Positions 13,230 to 22,221 of a stretch of DNA of 64,000 nucleotides are shown here, piece after piece. The notes under the pieces are model-generated. The model searched no databases. It was not told the origin of the DNA and worked only from the letters and a program-made list of their open reading frames with translations. The DNA is from Rhodosorus marinus CCMP1338. Taxonomy: Eukaryota; Plantae; Rhodophyta. Position 1 is the stretch's first letter; each line of letters begins with the position of its first letter. The stretch spans positions 2,170,001 to 2,234,000 of the forward strand of contig JAMWBK010000001.1 in assembly GCA_029953675.1 (NCBI GenBank). The letters run 5' to 3'. The translations under genes were made by a program, and so were the position numbers.

Positions 13230-15511
13230 TGTCACGTCCTGACAAGACAGATTGGTTCAGAAGCACAGCCTGAGGGCTAAAGTGGAGAACCGCGATGGGA
13301 ATTGTCACCCTATCCTTAGCCTATGAATACCGCAACTATGACATCTCTGTCGGGGTTAGCTCGAACGGAAGGACAAGGAAAAACCAGAGTTAGAAAAAAA
13401 AAAAAGTTAGATCGGAGACAAAGTAAAGAGAATGTTTTTACGAACAACTTGAATACCAGGACAAGCGTCATCTGAGGACGTTTCAGCTGGTCTCATCGCA
13501 TGCTTGCGATCGAGGGACGACGAACCTGAACCTGAATGAGCCTAAGAACCTGATAACCTAACCCTCATAACCAGAACCCGATAACCAGAACCTGCACACT
13601 ACGACCGTGGCCAGTCTACGTATGAAGCTCCAGGCACCCCAACCGAAAGCCCACGACGGGAGGCGTGACGACCTCGAAATCAATACATGGCTCAACAGCC
13701 TGAAGAATTTCTTCAAGTTGGCGGGCCTTGGCGAAGAAGCCGACAACAAAATTCTGTTAGCGGCAGGATACCTTACGGGCGACGCCTCGTACTGGTATTC
13801 CTTGCTGCCAGAGGATAAATGGACGTCCACATTCGACGAGTTTGAGACAGCGCTGCAACCCCAATTTTATCCTGCAGACGCGAAGATCCGGCTAAACAAC
13901 AGTTTGCGAGAGCGCAACGGCGCACATCGGTCGGGTGCTTACCCCGCATACTTCAACTTCTGAGAAATTGTTCGCTTCGTCGGTGGCCTAAAACCAGAGA
14001 TCCGGAAATACGTATACATCCAGGAGATCAAAGAATTTGAGGAAGCTCAAGCTTTGGCCTTGAAGATTGAAGGTGCCGAGATGGCGAGTGAATCTCTTAG
14101 ACGAGACGTCAAACCCGTGCGAGCATGGGGACACGCTCGGGTCTACCCTACCAGGCGGAACCCAGGTCTTGCAGAGGCGCAGCTACGCTAGCATCGTCTG
14201 CGACTTCTGTGGGAGACGCGGCCATACGAAACGGATATGTTGGGATAAGCCCGACAGGTACTCGACCGTTTCGACCTCGACCGGCCCTCTGGCGCAACGG
14301 TAAACGACTGGCAGCAGCCATTCCGTCCTAAGAGGGATTCCATACGCCATCCCGCTAATGCAACGAAGGGAGCTTGAACACAGCCTCACTAGGCACGTCC
14401 ATTGAAACCTTGGGCAAGGTGGATGTGAACCTGGAAGTAGGGAAGCGCCAACTCAATTGCCTGCAAAGATTGCCGGCAAAAAAAGCTTGGAGGACCCCAT
14501 CAGCGTCACTGTCTGGCTGTCTGACTTTACTCCGAGACCAACATCCCGGCGAAATGAGCCTCAACTGATGAAGGTCGTTCTTGGGGATTTGCGGGCTACG
14601 GAGTTATATTCCACGCATCAGCATCATTGCCGCACCTACGACAGCGTTGACGTTCCTGGGCATAACACAGGTTGGCCCGGGCTAGAGATCTGTTAATCTT
14701 GTTGGCGACATAGGAGCCCCATTGCAGGAAAAGGGGTCCGCCGTTTTGATGTAGTCCTGAAATACCAGGTCGTGCGGCAGTGACGGGTTGTGTCCGTAGA
14801 GCAATTCGAACGGCGACGAATTGGGCGCCAGAGCTTCCGATTGTCGAGCTCTCGCATAGCAGCCAAGTTACCGGGTAATACCTGCGTTCCTCCCGCTCAC
14901 GCAACCCCTCGAGGTTAAATCGGTATTGGGGCATCGGCTGAACGATGTGAATTTGAACGAAAACTTTGTCTATATGGAGCGTGAGACAACAGATGAGCTA
15001 CGATGGTTACCATATCATCAGTTGCCGCAGAATCGGAATACCAAGCAGCAGATCCCGTATTACACAAGCCTTCACAAGGCTGCTTCATCTTCAACCCGGA
15101 AGTCCTTTCCGTCGTTCGGAGATGTCACGTCCTGACAAGATAGGTTCAGAAGCGCAGCCAGAGGGCTAAGCCTAGCACGGCCAGCGTGCTAAACGCGCAG
15201 GTCGGTCCATGAGAAGTCTAGGCACCACCAGTAACGCGTCTGCGACTCAGAGTACTTCCAGAGCTAAACCTAGCACGGGCAGAGTGCTAAACCCCGCTCT
15301 GTCGGACGGGTAAGGTGGAGAATCGTGATGGGATTTGTCACCCCATCCTTAGCCCGTAAATACCGTAACTATGACATCGCTTTCGGGGCTAGCTCGAACG
15401 GAAGTACAAGAAAAAACCAGACAAAAGAAGTTAAATCCGAGACAAAGTACAAAGCTGCTCTTACGAAGCACTTGAATACCAGGACAAGCCAGCCAATAGA
15501 CGGACGTTCCA
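13230..15511 (+). mobile_element. Old, internally deleted and rearranged Ty3/Gypsy chromovirus (element 1)
   Basis: 5' LTR 13230-13485 and 3' LTR 15123-15511 (both TGTCACGTCCTGAC...CA, diverged). PBS 13488-13499, gag remnant 13607-13963, CCHC knuckle CDFCGRRGHTKRIC near 14195-14240, an apparently inverted internal segment at about 14600-14930, and a chromodomain remnant at 14926-15110. No TSD found. Confidence 0.88.
13607..13963 (+). pseudogene. Ty3/Gypsy gag fragment
   Basis: PKAHDGRRDD..INTWL..L..FF...KILLAAGYLTGDASYWY...FDEFETALQPQF matches the retrotransposon gag pattern; truncated. Confidence 0.85.
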
Positions 15512-15915
15512 ATGGAGGTTTTCTTAGGGACAATCTGTCCCATTTTCATTGACAGTCTGTCTTCAAAAATGCTAAACAGCCTGTCCTTTATGTTTTTCGG
15601 GTGTGACGTCTCCACCTTCCAGCAATGTCCGGCTATGCAAAATTATGCTCGGGCTGTGCCAAAATCTCTGGAGGTGCAACACCCTTTTGAGCTTAATCGT
15701 TATTGGCACATCCCGATGGAGCAAGAGTATAAGTACGATGGGCAAACTCGATATTTCCCAGGTTAGCTGGAGAGAAGGGAGACAAGATAGAGAAGAACAA
15801 GATAGAATTGGGATATATTGCCTAATTTGGGAGTAATTAGGGGGAAATAAAACTCGAAATATGGAATAATTTGAGTAATACCCAGCTGGCAGTTTGAGAC
15901 GTAAAATCTGGTCTC

Positions 15916-16806
15916 ATCGCGCCTCGACTGAGAGGGTCTGCGATATTTTCTGCTCCTCTCTTGTATTCGATATCAAAGGTAAACGGCAATAAGCGATTTA
16001 CATATCTCGCCTGTCTTTTGGTTAGCTCCTTTTGCGAGTGTAGAAAACGCAAAGGGTTATGGTCGGTGCGAAGCACGAAGAGCACTTCGAAGAGCACGAA
16101 GCACGAAGAGCACTTCGAAGAGCACGAAGCACGAAGAGCACTTCGAAGAGCACGAAGCATGAAGAGCACTTCGAAGAGCACGAAGCACGAAGAGCACTTC
16201 GAAGAGCACGAAGCATGAAGAGCACTTCGAAGAGCACGAAGCACGAAGAGCACGAAGCACGAAGAGCACGAAGCATGAAGAGCACTTCGAAGAGCACGAA
16301 GCATGAAGAGCACGAAGCACGAAGAGCACGAAGCACGAAGAGCACGAAGCACGAAGAGCACGAAGCACGAAGAGCACGAAGCACGAAGAGCACGAAGCAC
16401 GAAGAGCACGAAGCACGAAGAGCACGAAGCATGAAGAGCACGAAGCACGAAGAGCACGAAGCACGAAGAGCACGAAGCACGAAGAGCACGAAGCACGAAG
16501 AGCACGAAGCACGAAGAGCACGAAGCACGAAGAGCACGAAGCACGAAGAGCACGAAGCACGAAGAGCACGAAGCACGAAGAGCACGAAGCACGAAGAGCA
16601 CGAAGCACGAAGAGCACGAAGCACGAAGAGCACTTCGTGCTCTTCGTGCTTCGCACCGACCATAACCCTTTGCGTTTTCTACACTCGCAAAAGGAGCTAA
16701 CCAAAAGACAGGCGAGATATGTAAATCGCTTATTGCCGTTTACCTTTGATATCGAATACAAGAGAGGAGCAGAAAATATCGCAGACCCTCTCAGTCGAGG
16801 CGCGAT
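15916..16806. repeat. 170-bp inverted repeat (15916-16085 / 16637-16806) enclosing the tandem array
   Basis: The left arm is the reverse complement of the RNase H tail with no mismatch by eye. The ORF track shows mirrored peptides RTDHNPLRFLHSQKELTKRQ on both strands. Confidence 0.95.
16070..16633. repeat. 564-bp tandem array of GAAGCAC / GAAGAGCAC / TTC modules (dominant 16-bp period; 28-bp higher-order unit in the left part)
   Basis: Directly visible; the only recurring variant is GAAGCAT. Confidence 0.98.
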
Positions 16807-17330
16807 CAACCAGATGGCGGTTTCCGGTATACTACCCCAAGAAGATTGGACCGGAGCATATCTACAAGATCCTGATTTCGCAGCAGTCTACCCAGAAGCA
16901 GTGAAGTACGAGGAGCAGGGATTTCGTAGAAAGCGGGACATCTTGTACAAACATCATCGCGTTTGTGTGCCGCGAAAATTCGTACCGGACTTGCTGCGGA
17001 AACACCACGAAGAGCCAACGGGGGGACATTTTGGCCTTCATAAAACGGTGAACCTGTTAAAGAGGCGTTATTACTGGCTGACCTTAAGAGACGATGTTCA
17101 GTCCCCGATCCGAACCTGTGAAATCTGCCAACGGCAAAAACCACTGAGAGCTTCTCAGGGATTTCTACAACCACTTCCTGTACCTGAGTCAAAGTTGGAG
17201 GACATCACCATGGATTTCATTGTTAGTCTTCCCATGACTAAGTCCGGAGCTGACGCAATTCTAGTGATTGTTGACCGTTTCTCAAAATACGCGAAATATA
17301 TCGCTACAAGGACGGATGCAGACGCTCGTA

Positions 17331-17899
17331 TGACGGCAGAGCTGTTTTTCGAACACTGGGTGCGTTTTGCAGGCTTACCGCGGACGATAGTCTCCGATCG
17401 AGATTCCAAGTTTACCGGGCTCTTTTGGCAGCAACTAATGAGGATGCTTAAGGTCAAGACTCACCTAAGTACGGCCTATCACCCGCAGACGGACGGACAA
17501 ACAGAGCGGGTCAACCAAACCTTGGAGACTTACCTCCGGTGTAACAGTAGCCAACTCCGCCATGGGAAGATCAGAGTCCCATGACGCTTGGCTACTGTTA
17601 CACCGGAGGTAAGTCTCCAAGGTTTGGTTGACCCGCTCTGTTTGTCCGTCCGTCTGCGGGTGATAGGCCGTACTTAGGTGAGTCTTGACCTTAAGCATCC
17701 TCATTAGTTGCTGCCAAAAGAGCCCGGTAAACTTGGAATCTCGATCGGAGACTATCGTCCGCGGTAAGCCTGCAAAACGCACCCAGTGTTCGAAAAACAG
17801 CTCTGCCGTCAGAGCGGGTCAACCAAACCTTGGAGACTTACCTCCGGTGTAACAGTAGCCAAGCGTCATGGGACTCTGATCTTCCCATGGCGGAGTTGG
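17331..17899. repeat. Duplication-inversion inside the integrase core (inverted segment 17551-17811)
   Basis: 17551-17811 is the reverse complement of 17331-17554 plus 17863-17899, and 17502-17554 is repeated directly at 17810-17862. Confidence 0.92.
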
Positions 17900-20123
17900 T
17901 CTACAACACGCAGATTTCGGAGTCTACTAAGTATTCGCCCTTCGAACTTCTATACGGACGAAACCCTGAGCTACCGGGATCCTTAATAGTACCACGTGCA
18001 GAAGAAGCTACCCCTACGCCTTTACCTGATGCAGCGGAAGTTCTTCTACAACATCAACACGACCAATACCTGGAGGCGCGGAACAACATGCTTTACGCTA
18101 AGCAAATCCAGAAGATGCGGATGATGCGAGGCGGCGAAACCCTGACTTTACCCCCGACGAGCTGGTATTATTATCGACCAGAAACCTGCCGTTGCAAGAC
18201 TCTAAACCGTTTCGACCGCGGTACATCGGCCCTTTTCGCATCAAACGGAAGATAAATGATGCCGCCTATACGTTAACGTTGCCAGCAGGGATGAAGATAC
18301 ATCCAACGTTCCACGTTTCCCTGCTGAAGAAATTTAGGGGAAACCCCAACAACGTTCAACTCAACATACCCGATTTTGCAGCTGAAGTAGCGGGAGGCGA
18401 AATCAAATCCGTACTTGGTCATCAGATGAAACCAGAGGGAACCAGCGAATATATGGTATATTTCGAGGGGGAAACAGTAGCTGATGCTCGATGGATTGCA
18501 GCTCACCAGTTGCCACAAACCTCTGCTACAAAAAGGCAAATTCGCTACTACATGAACTTTCATCGTGCTGCTGAATCTGCCCGACCCCGCGCTTCTTCTT
18601 CGGTGGGAGGGATGTGACGTCTCCACCTTCCAGCAATGTCCGGCTATGCAAAATTATGCTCGGGCTGTGCCAAAATCTCTGGAGGTGCAACACCCTTTTG
18701 AGCTTAATCGTTATTGCCCATCCCGATGGAGCAAGAGTATAAGTACGATGGGCAAACTCGATATTTCCCAGTTTAGCTGGAGAGAAGGGAGACAAGATAG
18801 ATAAGAACAAGATAGAATTGGGATATATTACCTAGTTTGGGAGTAATTAGGGGGAAATAAAACTCGAAATATGGAATAATTTGAGTAATACCCAGCTGGC
18901 AGTTTGAGACGTAAAATCGGGGCACAGGTCGAACGGTTGTCACGTTTCGTCCGATCAAAAGATTAGTACAGAAATTTGTACGATCAATATGTAATAAACG
19001 AAAAAACAACATGTATTCGCCGAACAGCTTTAAAAAATCTGTCCGATAAACAATTCAGAATCAGACAGTTATTTTCAAATATTTTCGTCCAATTTTCCGC
19101 CTCATATTTGTTTATTATATATTATTCGTAACCCGATACTTTATCCGACGTTTTCTGACACCCCTAGCTGGTCGGCATAAGATCATGCCTTCAATGCCAC
19201 TATTATATCGTTATTCTTCATAAGAGCGGGCTGCCTTTCTCCCAGTTTTTTATCCGAGAATACTACATATTGAGCTCCTTGACCGTATCTGTTTCCAGTA
19301 AACAAATTTTTAGTACAGTATACTTGACCTCCCCGCCCTCCCACCCTTCGCTATTAATTTCCTCGCGTTCAAGTGAAGGCCCTCTGTTTGCGGAGGGTCA
19401 GCTGTCAACACGTGGAAATGCTATTTGAGATACCAATCTGGAGTCCAGGGATTGATTGATATAAAAGTTTCCGGAGATTTTCTATATATTTGGGGGACAA
19501 CCGCTTTCAAGGCACAGGAGAGCAGCCTAAATAGAATCCATGTGGAAGGGGTGGGGGAAAAGTGAAGGAGCTAGCCCATGTATTGAGAAATCTCATGCGG
19601 ATTAATATACACCAAAGGATATTTTGGGGTTGCGGGAAGTGATTATTTTGGAAGATGGAAGGGGGGATAGTAGCTGCAGATTCTTGTAAGAGTGAAGTAA
19701 GACGCCGAGACGAATGTAAGAACACGCGAGGGGTCGGAGAAGCCGTTATTTTTCTCTAAAGATAATTGGTTAATGATCAATGAAATTATCCAATAGAGAA
19801 CGAATAGATTTTTCTTTTCAAGTAATTAACCAATCATATTCTACATACACGATTTGAGAAATATTGATTGGAAAGCTATCGGTAGAATCGAAACGAAGAA
19901 AAGAAGAACATTTGACGAACAAAGATTCGATTTTTTAATTAAAAACTATCCACGAGGCCAAGCCTTGGGGCTTTTGGTGGCGAATGATACCTTCGTTTCG
20001 AAGATTCGAGTAGAAAATTATTGGATTTCAATTATCGAAAAGCGAAGGGTTTTGGGGTTTTCGTGTCCTTTAAAGACTACTTGACTCGTTTCAACGTTGT
20101 TGGGTCTGAAAGTGGGTGGAGAG

Positions 20124-20164
20124 GAGAGAGAGAGAGAGAGAGAGAGTGTGTGTGTGTGTGTGTG
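20124..20164 (+). repeat. Compound (GA)n(GT)n microsatellite in the cysH leader
   Basis: Directly visible; similar tracts at about 8316-8346 (GT) and 33169-33200 (CT). Confidence 0.9.
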
Positions 20165-20402
20165 TATGAAATGTGAATGTGAGTGGTGGTTGGGTAAGGG
20201 ATTTGAAAAAGACTGTTGAAGTATTCATAAGAGGATCTACCTTTGTTTGGCAAGTTGTTTCTACCAGGAGATTGGGCTTTTTTTGTTTGTGTTTATCCCC
20301 GTTGTTGGTCGTTGTTTTCGGCGTGCATTTTTGCGTGGTTTAGTGTCGTATGGACTACCGAATATAAAAGGAAAACAGTGGTTTGGTAGGGCGAGCGGGA
20401 GT

Positions 20403-21475
20403 ATGGAATCTAGCTGTCAGATGGCAGAGGAGATAGTAACTCCGGAAGAGGATGAGTATGACCTTTGTGGAGCGACGGACGTTTCGGTGGTTGCTGCGGG
20501 TTCTGAGGTATCTGATAGCGGAGATGAGAATGTGAGGTCTGCGCTGGAGGACGTGCCGGTCTCGGATGTTTCCGACGTAAAGGTGACATCCGGCTTTCAA
20601 CCAAGTTTGAGTTCAGAGTCGTCCCTTGTTGAGATCGGGCTTAGTGCAGTTAAAGCAACTCAAGGAGCAGAAGAGAGTGACCTTGCAAGCAGTCCGGAAG
20701 AGCTCAGTTCCTTGCTGGAAGGCTTGACAGCCAAGGAGAGGATTTCATGGGCTCTCGAAAGGTATGGAGAGGGTCTCGTCTTAACGACGAGCTTTGGAAT
20801 TCAGTCTGCGGTTATCTTGCATATGGTAACGGAGCTGAAGCCGGACATCAAGGTTGTCTGGGTTGATACAGGCTACTTTCCGGCGGAGACCTACGAGTAT
20901 ATGGAAGAGCTCCGGACGAGGCTAAATTTGAACCTGTCCATATATCAGTCGGATATGCCACCCGCTCATATGGAAGCCTTGCACGGCGAACTTTGGAACA
21001 GCGACGATGTCGAAGACATTAAACTGTACAACCGGATTCGCAAAGTAGAACCGCTGGAGCGAGCATTCAAAGAACTCTGCGCAAAGGCATGGATAACAGG
21101 CATCCGTCGTACGCAGACGGAATTCAGGAAGTCTCTCAAGCACTATGAGCCGAGTAAAGGACGTGCCAAGGTAGGCTTTCAACCGGGAGAATAATGAGAC
21201 ATATGTGTTCAACTGGAAAACAACTGGAAAACTAAACCTATTTCTTGCCGTGCATGCTCTTACCTATGCAGTTGATGCCCCTGCTTGAATGGTCCAGCAG
21301 AGACGTTGCAAAGTATCTAAAAGAGCACAACCTTCCCAAGCATCCGCTCGAAGCTGAAGGATATACCACAGTGGGCGACTGGCACTCGAGCCGCGCTCTG
21401 ACTTTGAATGATCTATGCGAGAGAGACACTCGATTCAATGGACTCATCCAAGAATGTGGGATCCATACGGAGTAG
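20403..21475 (+). CDS. cysH: PAPS/APS reductase, CysH type without Fe-S cysteines; true start may lie upstream
   Basis: [39 protein letters not shown]; intron from about 21171; last exon PLLEW...[17 protein letters not shown]...ECGIH. Confidence 0.93.
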
Positions 21476-21799
21476 TGAACAATGTCCGAGGGACCAGACC
21501 GCGTGATTTAGAATACAAATGTGAACAGTACCTTCAATAAGGAGGAAGGATTGGTTGTAGTTGAGCGTTGTGAACATATAAGTCCAATGTACATAGCCCA
21601 ATGTCAATGGATTGTGAAGAAGAGTCTAAATTAAAAAATGCGAAGTTTGCGAAATCGTGTTACATCTCATCGTTGTGCCGCACCATGACTCCTAGGGGTC
21701 GAACTGCGCAGTTTGGCAATATCTTCGTCCTCAAGGTTTGGTTTCGCAGAGCGGAGGCAACTTGAAAGAACATCCCCGGCGCGGAAATTGATAAGAACC

Positions 21800-22221
21800 T
21801 CATGAATCTTCGATTACGCACATGAAACACTTCCCCCCGCAAGTTGAACATCTAAGCTTCCCGCGCCCGACACTAGTCAGGCCACATGGAGACACAAGGA
21901 GCAAATCAACCAATCCATCAGATGGCTGAGTGATGGATCCAGCATTTGGGCACGATGGTTTTCATCCATAGTCCGCACGACTCACCATTCCGAACAGAAG
22001 ACCGTGTAATTACCAGTGACTGTCGTGCCTTTTCCCCCACAAGCTACGCAAGGAACGAAACCCGTGTTCTCGCACGTCTTGCAGTCCTTGACCTGCTCTT
22101 CCGACTTCTCCAACGTGCTCGCGCTCGAGTCAGCAGCTCGAACCACAAACCGTGGTCTCCTTTGACGCTCAACCAAGGCCCGACCGGACGGGAACCCGAT
22201 TGGGAATGAGAAGCAGAGCAT
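21800..22221 (-). CDS. Small plastid-targeted DnaJ-type zinc-finger protein (BSD2/PSA2-like architecture), 2 exons
   Basis: Transit peptide ending RFVVRA. The spliced product has CKTCENTG, CVACGGKG, CSECVGRG and CSTCGGK (four CxxCxGxG-type units). A gtgagt...actag intron keeps the frame. Confidence 0.8.

Larger units (their letters stand above)
15602..18916 (+). mobile_element. Young non-autonomous Ty3/Gypsy chromovirus (element 2) lacking gag, protease and RT; retains RNase H tail, integrase and chromodomain
   Basis: LTRs 15602-15906 and 18613-18916 differ at only a handful of positions. TSD TCGGG at 15597-15601 and 18917-18921, PBS 15909-15920, PPT GGTGGGAGGGA 18602-18612. Motifs [51 protein letters not shown] and EYMVYFEG. 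Confidence 0.95.

Noticed and set aside
12540-13308. Minus-strand gene disrupted by the LTR (ORFs 12436..12786, 12834..13049, 13063..13308)
   Set aside because: No recognisable domain or consistent splice path, and the ORF start lies inside the LTR.
13225-15516. TSD for element 1
   Set aside because: The flanks GTGAA and ATGGA do not match, and the LTRs are too diverged to date or delimit further.
16070-16633. CRISPR array
   Set aside because: There are no unique spacers; it is a pure tandem repeat in a eukaryotic retroelement with no cas genes.
16070-16633. Interstitial telomeric repeat
   Set aside because: It is not G-run based, and every module can be derived from the adjacent RNase H hairpin.
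15837-16809. Long ORFs on both strands (HEARRARSTKSTK / SCSSCFVLFVLRALRA) as real proteins
   Set aside because: They stay open only because the 16-bp unit lacks stop codons. There is no evidence of translation or constraint.
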